From NCBI GenBank assembly GCA_963789955.1, contig CAWBMV010000034.1, positions 640,001-704,000 of the forward strand: 64,000 nt of DNA, read 5' to 3'. The stretch is from an uncultured Candidatus Rokubacteria bacterium. Its GTDB lineage: Bacteria; Methylomirabilota; Methylomirabilia; Rokubacteriales; CSP1-6. Under the pieces are notes generated by a model. It was not told where the DNA came from, ran no database searches, and saw nothing but the letters and a program-made list of their open reading frames with translations. Positions 35,316 to 45,472 of the stretch are shown here, piece by piece. Each line of letters opens with the position of its first letter. Within the stretch, counting starts at the first letter, position 1. Made by a program: the position numbers and the translations under genes.

Positions 35316-36797
35316 AAGTCGACATCGTCACCAAGCGACTCGAAGAGGTCCCGGCCGACGCGCTCGTGGTCGGTCTCCACGTCGGCGAAACGAAGCTGCC
35401 GGAGCGTCTGGCGCGCCTCGATCGCGCGGCGCAGGGGCAGCTCAAGCGGGTGCTCGACGCCGAGAAGTTCTCAGGGAAAGCCGGCCAGGTGACGCACGCG
35501 CACGCCGACGGACGGCGCATCGTCGTCGCCGGGCTCGGCCCGCGGGCCGAGGCGAGCTCCGAGGTTCTGCGCCGGGCGGCGGCGGCGGCGGTGCGCCGGG
35601 CCCGCGATCTCGGCGCGCGCACGGTGGCCGCCGAAGCTCCTCGGCGATCGGCTCACCGCGCGCCAGCGCGCGCAGGCCGTCGTGGAGGGCGCGATTCTCG
35701 GCACGTACCACTTCGACCGGTACAAGCGCGAGAAAGCCGAGAGGATCGTCACCGAGCTCCGCCTGGTCGAGCCCGACGCGCGCCGCGCGCGCGAGGCCAA
35801 GGACGGCATGCGACGAGGGGAGAGCTTCGCGCTGGCCACGGCGTTCGCGCGCGACCTGATCAACGCGCCCGCCAACGATCTGCACCCGACCGATCTCGCG
35901 CGCGCCGCCACCGAGCTGGGGAAAGAGTCGCGCATCGAGGTCAAGGTGTTCGAGCAGGCCGAGTGCCAGAAGATGGGGATGGGCGCGTTTCTCGGCGTGG
36001 CCGCCGGGAGCGAGCAGCCGCCGAAGTTCATTCACCTGACCTACAGCCCGTCCGGCCGGCCCGCCGCGGGGCGCAAGCGCAAGAAGATCGTGCTCATCGG
36101 CAAGGGCATCACGTTCGACTCCGGCGGGCTCGACCTCAAGCCCCCCGACGGCATGCTGCGCATGAAGTACGACATGGCCGGCGCCGCGGCCGTGCTCGGC
36201 ATCATGCACGCGCTGCCCGCGCTCAAGCCCGCCGCCGAGGTCCACGGACTGATCGCGGCGACCGAGAACATGCCGTCCGGCTCGGCCATTCGTCCGGGCG
36301 ATGTGCTGAGGGCCATGAACGGCACCACGATCGAGATCGGCAACACCGACGCCGAGGGGCGCCTGACCCTGGCCGACGGCCTGTGCTACGCGAACACGAA
36401 CATCCAGGCCGACGAGATCATCGACATGGCGACCTTGACCGGCGCCTGCGTCATCGCGCTCGGCCAGCTCTGCTCGGGGCTCATGGCGAACAACCAGCCG
36501 CTGGCGAATCGCCTCATGAAGGCGGCGGAAGCGGCCGGCGAGCGGCTCTGGCAGCTGCCGCTGATCGACGAGTATCGCGACAATCTCAAGAGCGAGGTGG
36601 CCGACCTCAACAACGTCGGTCCGCGCGGCGGCGGCGCCATCACGGCCGGGCTCTTTCTCAAGGAGTTCGCGGGCAAGACTCCGTGGGCGCACCTGGACAT
36701 CGCGGGGCCGGCCTTCACCGAGAAGGACCTGCCACTGGCGCCGAAGGGCGCGACCGGATTCGCGGTGCGTACGGTCCTCACGTACCTGAGCGACTGA
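35312..36797 (+). CDS. pepA: Leucyl aminopeptidase (M17); frameshift near 35637
   Basis: GKGITFDSGG, MKYDMAGAA, NTDAEGRL, DMATLTGA, HLDIAG. Confidence 0.94.
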
Positions 36798-36800
36798 GCC

Positions 36801-37684
36801 GTGGCGGGCGCGGTCGATCTGCATTCGCATACGACCGCGTCCGACGGCACTCTGGCGCCGCGCGAGCTGGTACGGCTGGCCGCGCGCCACGGCGTCCGGG
36901 TCCTCGCCGTGACCGATCACGACTCCACCGGCGGCGTCCGGGAGGCCATGGACGAGGCGCGCAGCCTGCCGCCCCTCGAGATCGTCCCCGGCCTCGAGAT
37001 CAATTGCGACGTGCCCGGCGCCGAGATCCACGTGCTCGGCTACTGTGTCGACTGGGAAGCGCCGTGGTTCCAGGAATTTCTCGGCGCGCAGCGGGAGGAG
37101 CGACGGCAGCGCGTCTACCGGATCGCGGCGCGGCTCGGCGAGCTCGGCATGCCGATCGAGCCCGACGCGGTCTTCGCCCTCGTGAAGGAAGGCTCGGCCG
37201 GCCGCCCGCACGTGGCGCAGGCGATGGTCGACCGCGGCTACGTGAAGTCGATCCGCGAGGCGTTCGATCGCTACCTCTCGCTGAACGGTCCCGCGAACGT
37301 GCCGCGCCGGCGGCTCACACCCGTCGAAGCCGTCCGCATCATCCGACGCGCGCGCGGTGTGCCGGTGCTCGCTCACCCCGGGCTCGCGAATCGCGACGAG
37401 CTGATTCCCGAGCTGGTCGACGCCGGGCTCCTCGGGATCGAGGCGTTCTATCCGGAGCACTCGTCCGGGCAGATCACGATGTATCGCGAGATGTGCTCGC
37501 GGCTCGGCCTGGTCGCCACGGGAGGCTCCGACTTTCACGGCCCGCGCGTCGGCGGTGTCCGGCATCCCGGCGTCCAGCCGGTTCCGGACGACGCCTGGCA
37601 GGAATTGCGGCGCCGCCTCGCGCGGCTGGCCGAGGATGCGCCGAGCGCGCCCCCAGCGCCCCCGCGCCGAACCCGGCGCGATGA
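36801..37684 (+). CDS. PHP-domain phosphoesterase (TrpH/YciV-like); 3' end ambiguous because of an indel
   Basis: DLHSHTTASDG, TDHD, GRPHVA, LAHP, GGSDFHG. Confidence 0.88.
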
Positions 37685-38064
37685 CCACGATCCAGGCGCA
37701 GATCTTCGGCTTCACGGATTGCCAGGACACGCGCAAGGCGCAGCGCTTCTTCAAGGAGCGCGGCGTCACCGTCCACTTCGTCGACCTGAAGGAGCGCCCG
37801 GCGGCGCGCGGCGAGCTCAGACGGTTCGCCGAGAAATTCGGCGCCGCGGCGCTGATCGATCGCGAGGGCGCGCGCTACAAAGCGCTCGGCCTGCGCGTCG
37901 CCCTCGACTCGCCCGAGCGCCTGCTCGAGCGCGCGTTGACCGAGCCGCGCCTGCTCCGGACTCCGCTCGTGCGGTGCGGAGGGCGCGTGGCGATCGGTCA
38001 CGCGCCCGACGTGTGGCAGGAGTGGCTGGAGACCGCGAAGCAGGGAGGGGGCAAGCCCGCATGA
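37681..38064 (+). CDS. ArsC/Spx-like family protein
   Basis: QIFGFTDCQDTRKAQRFFKERG, LLRTPLVR. Confidence 0.8.
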   Translation: MTTIQAQIFGFTDCQDTRKAQRFFKERGVTVHFVDLKERPAARGELRRFAEKFGAAALIDREGARYKALGLRVALDSPERLLERALTEPRLLRTPLVRCGGRVAIGHAPDVWQEWLETAKQGGGKPA

Positions 38065-39207
38065 CTCCGCGTCCGTTCACGATCAAGGTCGCCGACGAGG
38101 TGCTGGCCGATCTCCGCGCTCGGCTCGAGCGCGTGCGCTGGCCCGACGAGGCTCCGGACGCCGGCGTGGCGCTACGGCACGAGCGTCGCGTACATGAAGG
38201 AGCTGGTCGAGTACTGGCGCACGCGCTACGACTGGCGCGCGCACGAGTCGCGGCTGAACACCGTGCGGCAGTTCACGGTCGAGCTCGACGGGATCGACCT
38301 CCACTTCATCCACGAGCCCGGCGTGGGGCCCGCGCCGATGCCGCTCCTGCTCTCGCACGGGTGGCCCGGATCGATCGTGGAGTTCGAGCGGATCTTGCCG
38401 ATGCTGACCGATCCCGCGCGCTTCGGCGGCGATCCGGCGGACGCGTTCACCGTCGTCGCGCCGTCGCTGCCGGGCTACGGATTCTCCTTCCGCGCGAATC
38501 AGCCGCGCTTCGGCGTCGAGGAGATCGCCGACACGTTCGCGCGACTCATGACCGACGTCCTCGGCTACCGCCGCTTCGCCGCGCAGGGCGGCGACTGGGG
38601 CGCCTTCATCACGTCAAGGCTCGGTCTGCAGTACCCCGAGCGCCTGGCCGGTATCCACCTGAACCTGCTCGCGGTACGCCGCGACCCGACGCTGCCCGAC
38701 ACGCCGACCGCGGAGGAGCGCGCGTACATCAAGCAGCTCCAGACCTGGCAGCGCGAGGAAACGGGCTACCAGTGGATCCAGGGCACGCGGCCCCAGACCT
38801 TGGCCTACGGTCTCAGCGACTCCCCGGTCGGGCTGGCGGCGTGGATCGTCGAGAAGTTCCGGACGTGGAGCGACTGCGGCGGCGACGTCGAGCGCAGCTT
38901 CTCGAAGGACACTTTGCTCACCAACGTGACGGTCTACTGGGTCACCGGGGCCATCAACTCGTCGTTCTGGCCGTACTACGCGCGCTTCCACCGTCCGTGG
39001 CCGCTGCCGGACGGCAAGCGCATCACGGTGCCCACGGCGTACGCCGCGTTTCCGCGCGAGATCCTGCTGCCGCCGCGCGCGTGGGCCGAGCGCGCCTACA
39101 ACATCCAGCGCTGGACCACGATGCCGGCCGGCGGCCACTTCGCCGCCCTCGAACAACCCGAGGCGCTGGCCGCCGACATTCGCGCCTTCTTCCGCCCGCT
39201 CCGCTGA
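38061..39207 (+). CDS. Epoxide hydrolase (EHN + alpha/beta hydrolase); frameshift near 38165
   Basis: RPFTI...DLRARL...WP, YDWR, HGWPGS, PSLPGYGFS, QGGDWG, GGHFAALE. Confidence 0.92.
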
Positions 39208-39230
39208 TCGCGCAGAGTCGCCCGGAAGCT

Positions 39231-39259
39231 GGGCCAGGCCGGCGAGGCAGCCTGGCCCG
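39231..39259. terminator. GC-rich hairpin between convergent genes
   Basis: gggccaggc ... gcctggccc; no U-tract. Confidence 0.35.
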
Positions 39260-39282
39260 CTTCCCGCTCGACTCGCCCCGAT

Positions 39283-39669
39283 CTAGCCGATGATTCGACG
39301 AGCCTTGGCGGGATTCGAGACCGTGATGATCACGGTCGCGCCGCCGCGCCCGGCGGTGGTCGCATAGGCCGATTTGATGTTGACGCCGCCGCGCGCGAGC
39401 TTGTCGGCGACTCGCGCGAGCGCCCCGGGCTTGTTGCTGACCCGCTTGGCGAACGCGACTTCTTCGGTGAAGCGCACGCGCGCCTTCCGCAGCGCACGCT
39501 TGGCGAGGGTCGGCTTGTTGACGACCATGCGAATCTTGCCCCGCCCCGCGGCCTCGGCCGCCGAGAGCGAGAGAATGTTGACCCTGGCGTCGGCCAGCGC
39601 GCGGCCGATTCCCGCGAGAACGCCTCTCTTGGACCGGAGCGTCAGGACGAGCTGACTCGTCTTGGGCAT
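39283..39669 (-). CDS. Tandem ACT-domain protein (very basic)
   Basis: Two repeats SKRGVLA...VNILSL and NKPGALA...VNIKSAY; AGGAG SD. Confidence 0.8.
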   Translation of the reverse strand: MPKTSQLVLTLRSKRGVLAGIGRALADARVNILSLSAAEAAGRGKIRMVVNKPTLAKRALRKARVRFTEEVAFAKRVSNKPGALARVADKLARGGVNIKSAYATTAGRGGATVIITVSNPAKARRIIG

Positions 39670-39710
39670 CGTGCGTCTCCTTGGTCTCACTTCGGTGAGC
39701 TGCACGTCCG

Positions 39711-40560
39711 TCAGCGCGTGTAGGCGGGAAACACGCGCCGCACGCACTCCGGATCGTTCATTCCGAGCATCCCGCTGACGAGGCGGCGCGCGGCGCCGCG
39801 CACGACCACGAACGTGATGCGCGCCGTGGCGACGATCTGGTCGCCGGCGCGCGCGACGATCTCCGGTCTCTGGTAGCGCGCGATCGTCGTGGCGGGGGCG
39901 CACCGCGGCCCGGGCGCCGGTCACCGTGACGGGCGCCTCGTAGGAGGCGGGACGATGGAGCGATACGCGGAGCTCGGTCGTCATCCCCGATTCGCCGGTG
40001 GCGAGCGCGCCGAGCCAGAACGCGGCCTCGTCGAGCAGGGTGGTCAGCGCGGCGGGCGCCAGCGAGCCATCGGACCTCCGAAACGGCGCGCGCGGCTGCC
40101 ACGTCGCGCGCACCGCGTCGGCATCGAACGCCGAGCCGGGCGCGAAGCCCGAGCTCGTTGTCGGTCCCGCACGCAAAGCACGTCCGCGAGATCGGCAGCG
40201 GGTGGTCCGGTTGTCGTGCCCGTCGGCCGGAGCGCGCCGGTTTCGCGGGGCCGGCGAGGCCAGGGCGCGACGCGGCCGTCGACGAGCACACCGTCGGTCT
40301 GATCGGACAGCACGAAGGTCTCGGCCGAGGCTTCGCGGGCTCGCCGCAGGGTCAACGGCAGCGCCGAGGGGGACGCGGCGGCGATAGATCCCGGAGACTT
40401 CGCGCGGCGCGGTCGCACCCGCGAGCGTGTCGAACACCGCCAGCACCGAGCCGCCGTGCGCGGTCTCGGGGAGACCCTGCAGGGCGGGATCGAGCGTCAG
40501 GATCAGATCGGGGCCGCTGACCTCCAGAGCGTGACGTAGGGTGGCATCAATGGTGATCAT
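39711..40560 (-). CDS. Double hot-dog (PaaI/thioesterase-like) protein; several frameshifts
   Basis: LQGLPETAHGGSVLAVFD, CFACGTDNELGL, LTTLLDEAAFW, MTTELRVSL. Confidence 0.7.
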
Positions 40561-40574
40561 GCGATAATTTTCGA

Positions 40575-41756
40575 GTGTCGCCGCCCATTTTAGCCGACAA
40601 GGCTTTCGTCCGGGCGACGATCACCAACTTTTTCTTCTTCTTCAGCCTCAATTGCTTCATTCTCCTGCCGCTCTACATCGAGGGCATCGGCGGGAGCGAA
40701 GTCGAGATCGGGCTCGTGATGGGCGTCTACAACGCGATCGGCATCCTGTGCCAGCCCCTCGTGGGCCCGATGGTCGATGCGTTCGGACGGCGGCGGTTCA
40801 TGATGACCGGGGCGGGCCTGGTGATCGCGGCGGCGCTCCTGGCCACGACGACGCCGTCGATTCCGCTCCTGGCGCTCGTGCGCGCCCTTCAGGGGATCGG
40901 CTTCTCTGCGTTCTTCGTGGCGAACTATTCGTACGTGCTCGACCTGACTCCGCCCTCGCGTCGAGGCTGGGCGCTCGGGATCTACGGCGTCGCGGGGCTC
41001 GTGGCGACCGCCATCGCGCCGCTCGTCGGCGAGGCGGTGGTCCGCCGGATGGGCTTTCGCCCGCTCTTCATCCTGTCCACCGCGATGGCGATCGTCGCGG
41101 CCGGCTACGTGTGGAGCCTGCCCCGCGGGCGGCCGGGCACGCCGCTGCCGGTGGAGGGCTCGTTGTGGCAGCGCGGCGGACTCGACGAGCTCCGTCATCG
41201 CCACATGGTCGTGACACTCTTCTTCGGCCTCGGCGCCGGCACGATCTTCGTCTTCGTGCCCACCTTTGCCGATAGCCTCGGGATCGAGACACTGGCGCTC
41301 TTCTACACGGCATTCGCGGTGGCCGCGATCGGCGTGCGCGTCTTCGGGGGGCGTCTCATCGACACCCATGGGCGGCGCGCGGTGATCGTGCCGTCGATGT
41401 TCGTGCAGACCGGCGCGACCGCGCTGCTCGCGCTGCTCGGCTTCGTGGTCACCCGCACGAGCCTGACGCCGGTCGTCCCCGTGCTCGTCGTGATCGGGCT
41501 GATGTCGGGCAGCGCGCACGGTCTGCTCTATCCGGGGCTGGCGGCGATGGTGACCGATCATGCGCCGGAGACGCGGCGCGGGGTCATCGTCGCCATGTTC
41601 AGCGCCGTGTTCCTGGTCGGGCAGACGGCGGGCTCGTTCGCGTTCGGCTACGTCACGCACGCGATCGGCTACCGCTTCATGTGGATGATGCTCGCGTCGT
41701 TCTTGCTGCTCGGCGCCGCGCTCAGCATGCGGCTGGTCGAGCGTCGCGTCACCTGA
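40575..41756 (+). CDS. MFS transporter
   Basis: About 12 hydrophobic segments, GPMVDAFGRR and GRLIDTHGRR motif-A repeats. Confidence 0.9.
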   Translation: MSPPILADKAFVRATITNFFFFFSLNCFILLPLYIEGIGGSEVEIGLVMGVYNAIGILCQPLVGPMVDAFGRRRFMMTGAGLVIAAALLATTTPSIPLLALVRALQGIGFSAFFVANYSYVLDLTPPSRRGWALGIYGVAGLVATAIAPLVGEAVVRRMGFRPLFILSTAMAIVAAGYVWSLPRGRPGTPLPVEGSLWQRGGLDELRHRHMVVTLFFGLGAGTIFVFVPTFADSLGIETLALFYTAFAVAAIGVRVFGGRLIDTHGRRAVIVPSMFVQTGATALLALLGFVVTRTSLTPVVPVLVVIGLMSGSAHGLLYPGLAAMVTDHAPETRRGVIVAMFSAVFLVGQTAGSFAFGYVTHAIGYRFMWMMLASFLLLGAALSMRLVERRVT

Positions 41757-41802
41757 CCGCCGGCGCTATACTGACTCCACCGTTTCGGGGACAGGAGCCG
41801 GC

Positions 41803-42342
41803 ATGAAGACCAAGGTCCGGATCGGCGTGATCATCCTGTTGATCTTCGCGGTGCTCGGCGTGCCCGAGCGCGCGTACGTGGCCCCGGAACGGCCGGACGT
41901 CGTGCCGCCGAAGCCGACCGGCGCGCAGGAGGTCGACGTCGTCGCGGTCATGGTCGATCAAGCCACGCAGCAGCCGACCGTCATGCTCCAGGGCAAGCGC
42001 GACAAACGCTCCGTCGCCCTCGCCATCGGGCTGGCCGAGGCGACCGGAATCGCCGTGCCGCTGCAGGGTGTGACGCCGCCGCGGCCGCTCACCCACGACC
42101 TCTTCCTGACATTGTTCGGCCGGCTCAAGGTGTCGCTCACGCGCGTCGTCATCACCGATCTGCGCGACGACATCTTCTACGCCATCATCTACCTCAACGC
42201 GGGCGGGCCCGAGTTCCAGCTCGACGCGCGCCCGTCGGACGCGATCGCGCTGGCGATCCGCGCGAAGGTGCCGGTGCTGGTCGAGGAGCGCGTCTTCGAG
42301 AAGGCCGGCACCACCGCGCCGCCACGCCGCCCGTCGATCTGA
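41803..42342 (+). CDS. Bifunctional nuclease (DUF151/BFN) family protein with N-terminal hydrophobic segment
   Basis: IGLAEA, RPLTHDL, IFYA.I, DARPSDAIALA; AGGAG SD. Confidence 0.9.
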   Translation: MKTKVRIGVIILLIFAVLGVPERAYVAPERPDVVPPKPTGAQEVDVVAVMVDQATQQPTVMLQGKRDKRSVALAIGLAEATGIAVPLQGVTPPRPLTHDLFLTLFGRLKVSLTRVVITDLRDDIFYAIIYLNAGGPEFQLDARPSDAIALAIRAKVPVLVEERVFEKAGTTAPPRRPSI

Positions 42343-42346
42343 CGCC

Positions 42347-43288
42347 ATGGCCGAGTCCGAGCGAAACGAGAAGGAGTGGGCGCTCCAGCGGCGACTCGAG
42401 GACGTCTTCGTCAAGCTGGGGGAGAAGTACGGCGACCTGACCGGCCGCGTCGAGACGAAGATCAAGTCGACGATCACCTTCGACGACGTCGGCGGGCTCC
42501 GGCAGGCGAAGACCATCCTCAAAGGATTCGCGCTCGCGCTCAGCGAGCCCGACCTCTACCGGCAGTGGGGCATCGAGCCGCCGAAGGGGCTGCTCCTCTA
42601 CGGACCGCCGGGCACCGGGAAATCGAAGCTCGCGCAGGCGCTCGCCACGACGTCGGGCGCGATCTTCTATCACCTGAAGCTCATGAACCTCACCTCGAAG
42701 TTCGCCGCCAACACCGCCGATCTGCTGCAGGAGATCTTGAAGATCGCGATGGCCGAGGGACCCGCGGTGCTGTTCCTCGACGAGGCCGAGGCGCTCTCGC
42801 TCGAGCACCTGTTGCCGCCGCCCCAGGCGCGGGAAGCGAGCGCGCGGCTGGTCGCGGCGCTGTGCGAGAAGCTGGACGCGATGAGCACGACCGAGCGAAT
42901 CCTGGTCGTCGCGTCCACCACGCACACCGATGCGCTCGATCCCGCGCTGGTCGCGCCGGGACGCCTCGACCATCTCATCGAGATCCCGCCGCCCGATCCG
43001 GCGGCCCAGCGCGAAATCCTGGAGCTGATCCGTCTCCGCACGGAGAAGACCGCGGGGCGTCCGCTCTTCGAGAAGATCGACTACGACAAGATCCTGCCGG
43101 TCATGGGGGGCATGAGCGGCGCCGACCTTTCGGTGATCGTCCGGCGCGCCCTCGAGGTGAAGGTGCGCGCGGCGGCCGAGCGACCGGACGCGCCGCCCGT
43201 CTCGACCGACGACCTGCTGGACGCGATCGACAGCTACAAGGGCGTGCGGGGGGTCGTGGAGAAGATTCGCTACGGTCAGTATCTGTGA
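42347..43288 (+). CDS. Single-domain AAA+ ATPase (CDC48/proteasome-ATPase clade) with C-terminal GQYL
   Basis: TFDDVGGL, PKGLLLYGPPGTGKS, LFLDE, LDPALVAPGRLD, SGADL, ends RYGQYL*. Confidence 0.88.
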   Translation: MAESERNEKEWALQRRLEDVFVKLGEKYGDLTGRVETKIKSTITFDDVGGLRQAKTILKGFALALSEPDLYRQWGIEPPKGLLLYGPPGTGKSKLAQALATTSGAIFYHLKLMNLTSKFAANTADLLQEILKIAMAEGPAVLFLDEAEALSLEHLLPPPQAREASARLVAALCEKLDAMSTTERILVVASTTHTDALDPALVAPGRLDHLIEIPPPDPAAQREILELIRLRTEKTAGRPLFEKIDYDKILPVMGGMSGADLSVIVRRALEVKVRAAAERPDAPPVSTDDLLDAIDSYKGVRGVVEKIRYGQYL

Positions 43289-43692
43289 TCGCGTCGACGA
43301 AGATCCGCGTCCGCTACAAGGACACGGACTGCATGAAGGTCGTCTACTACGGCAACTACCTCACGTACTTCGAGGTCGGCCGGGTCGAGTTTCTCCGCCA
43401 GCAAGGGCTCGCGATGTCCCACGTGGATCGGCAGATCCATCTGCCCGTCGTCGAGGCCCTGGTCCGCTACCGCAAGCCGGCGCGACTCGACGATCTGCTG
43501 GAGGTGCGCTGCTGGGTGAGCGAGCGGCGGCGGGCGAGCTTTCGCTTCGCCTACGAGATCCGCAACGAAGAGGGCGAGCCGGTCGCCACGGGATCCACCC
43601 TGCATGCCTGCCTGGACCCGGCGACCAGCGAGATGGTCGCCGTGCCGGCCTGGCTCCTGGAGCGGATGCCGATCGTCGATCAGTCGAAGTAA
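43285..43692 (+). CDS. Acyl-CoA thioesterase (YbgC/FadM, 4HBT family)
   Basis: RVRYKDTDCMKVVYYGNYLTYFEVGR, YRKPARLDD; GTGA overlap with AAA gene. Confidence 0.9.
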   Translation: MIASTKIRVRYKDTDCMKVVYYGNYLTYFEVGRVEFLRQQGLAMSHVDRQIHLPVVEALVRYRKPARLDDLLEVRCWVSERRRASFRFAYEIRNEEGEPVATGSTLHACLDPATSEMVAVPAWLLERMPIVDQSK

Positions 43693-43727
43693 GCGGCCGA
43701 CCGTTGTATACTCCGTAACCGGCCTCG

Positions 43728-44708
43728 ATGATCGAAGTCGATCACCTAACCAAGAGCTACGGCCCCGTCGCCGCGATCCGCGACGTGTCGTTCAGTGTCT
43801 CCCCGGGCCAGATCGTTGGGTTCCTCGGACCCAACGGAGCTGGCAAGTCGACGACGATGCGGATCCTTGCCTGTTTCATGCCGGCCTCGAGCGGCGCCGC
43901 GAAGGTCGCGGGCTACGACGTCTTCGCCCAGTCGATGGAGGTCCGGCGCCGGATCGGCTACCTGCCCGAGAACGTGCCGCTCTACACCGACATGCGCGTG
44001 GCGGCGTACCTCGACTTCGTCGCCGAGGTGAAGGGGGTCGGACGGCTGGAGCGGCGGCGGCGTGTCGCCGACGTCATGGACCGCTGCATGGTGTCCGACG
44101 TGCAGAATCGACTGATCGCCAAGCTGTCCAAGGGCTATCGCCAGCGCGTGGGGCTCGCCCAGGCGATCGTGAGCGATCCCGACGTGCTCATCCTGGACGA
44201 GCCGACGATCGGGCTCGACCCGAAGCAGATCACGGAGATCCGCTCCCTCATCAAGTCGCTCGCCGGTCAGCACACGGTGATCCTGTCGACGCACATCCTG
44301 CCGGAAGTCTCGATGGTCTGCGACGCGGTGATCATCATCAACAAGGGAGCGATCGTCGCCCAGGGCCCCATCGACACCCTGGTCGAGCAGTTCTTCCCGA
44401 CCTCGCGGCTCGAGGTCGAGATCGTCGGCCCGTCGCCGGTGGTCCGCGAGCGGATCCGCGCCATCCCGGGCGTCCTGTCGGTCGAAGACCAGCCGCCCGC
44501 GAACGGCGTCGGCCGGTACACCGTCGAGGCGGCCCGCGATCGTGACGTGCGGGCCGAGATCTTCCAGCTGGCCGCGCAGCAGCGGTGGGATCTGCTCGAG
44601 CTCAAGCGCGTGGGGCTGACGCTCGAGGAGGTCTTCATCCGGGTCGTCGCCGGCGAGGAGTCCACCCAGGCTTCCGGCGAGGGCTCCGTGGAGGCACCGG
44701 CGCCGTGA
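43728..44708 (+). CDS. ABC transporter ATPase (GldA-like)
   Basis: GPNGAGKST, GYLPE, LSKGYRQRVG, LDEPT.GLDP, STHILPEV. Confidence 0.92.
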   Translation: MIEVDHLTKSYGPVAAIRDVSFSVSPGQIVGFLGPNGAGKSTTMRILACFMPASSGAAKVAGYDVFAQSMEVRRRIGYLPENVPLYTDMRVAAYLDFVAEVKGVGRLERRRRVADVMDRCMVSDVQNRLIAKLSKGYRQRVGLAQAIVSDPDVLILDEPTIGLDPKQITEIRSLIKSLAGQHTVILSTHILPEVSMVCDAVIIINKGAIVAQGPIDTLVEQFFPTSRLEVEIVGPSPVVRERIRAIPGVLSVEDQPPANGVGRYTVEAARDRDVRAEIFQLAAQQRWDLLELKRVGLTLEEVFIRVVAGEESTQASGEGSVEAPAP

Positions 44709-45472
44709 AGATCTGGGCGATCTTCAAGAAGGAGATGCGCCTCTACTTCACCTCGCCGGTGGCGTGGGTCGTGTTCACGATCTTCCTCCTGATCGCGGGC
44801 TACTTCTTCTACTCGATCTTCGCGTTCTTCACCTTGGCCTCGATGCAGTCGGCGATGAACCCGCAGATGGGCCGCGACCTGAACGTGACCGACAGCGTCA
44901 TGCGGCCGCTGTTCTCGAACATCAGCGTGATCCTGCTCCTGCTCATGCCGCTGGTGACGATGCGGCTCTTCGCCGAGGAGCGGCGCTCCGGCACCATCGA
45001 GCTGCTGCTCACGTACCCGGTGCGCGACGGGGCCGTGCTGGCCGGAAAATACCTCGCGGCGCTCGGCCTCTACGCGATCATGATCGGGCTCACCCTGCTC
45101 TATCCGGGCATCGTGGTGTACTTCGCGCGGCTCGAGTGGGGCCCGATCCTCACGGGGTATCTCGGGCTCCTCCTGATGGGGGCGACGTTCATCGCCGTCG
45201 GCGTCTTCGCCTCGTCCTTGACCGAGAACCAGATCGTGGCGGCGATCACCACCTTCGGAGCGCTCCTCATCTTCTGGATCCTCGGCTGGAGCGCGGACTA
45301 CGCCGGCGGGACGGCCGGCAAGGTGCTGCAGTTCCTGTCGATCCTGGAGCACAACGACAGCTTCTCGAAGGGCGTGCTCGACACGAAGGACGTCCTCTAC
45401 TATCTGAACTTCACGGTGCTCGCGCTGTTCCTGACCTTGCGCTCGCTCGAGGCCCGCCGATGGAAGGGATGA
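44705..45472 (+). CDS. ABC-2 permease (GldF-like)
   Basis: KKEMRLYFTSP, TMRLFAEERRSGTIELLLTYP, SSLTENQIVA. Confidence 0.9.
   Translation: MKIWAIFKKEMRLYFTSPVAWVVFTIFLLIAGYFFYSIFAFFTLASMQSAMNPQMGRDLNVTDSVMRPLFSNISVILLLLMPLVTMRLFAEERRSGTIELLLTYPVRDGAVLAGKYLAALGLYAIMIGLTLLYPGIVVYFARLEWGPILTGYLGLLLMGATFIAVGVFASSLTENQIVAAITTFGALLIFWILGWSADYAGGTAGKVLQFLSILEHNDSFSKGVLDTKDVLYYLNFTVLALFLTLRSLEARRWKG

Noticed and set aside
37681..38064. Arsenic resistance locus (ArsC-like plus ArsN1-like genes)
   Set aside because: The genes are 17 kb apart with no arsR, arsB or acr3; family membership alone does not show arsenate reductase activity
36801..39293. 830-aa PHP fusion ORF
   Set aside because: After ~290 aa it is off-frame Arg/Ala-rich sequence overlapping the ArsC-like and epoxide hydrolase genes
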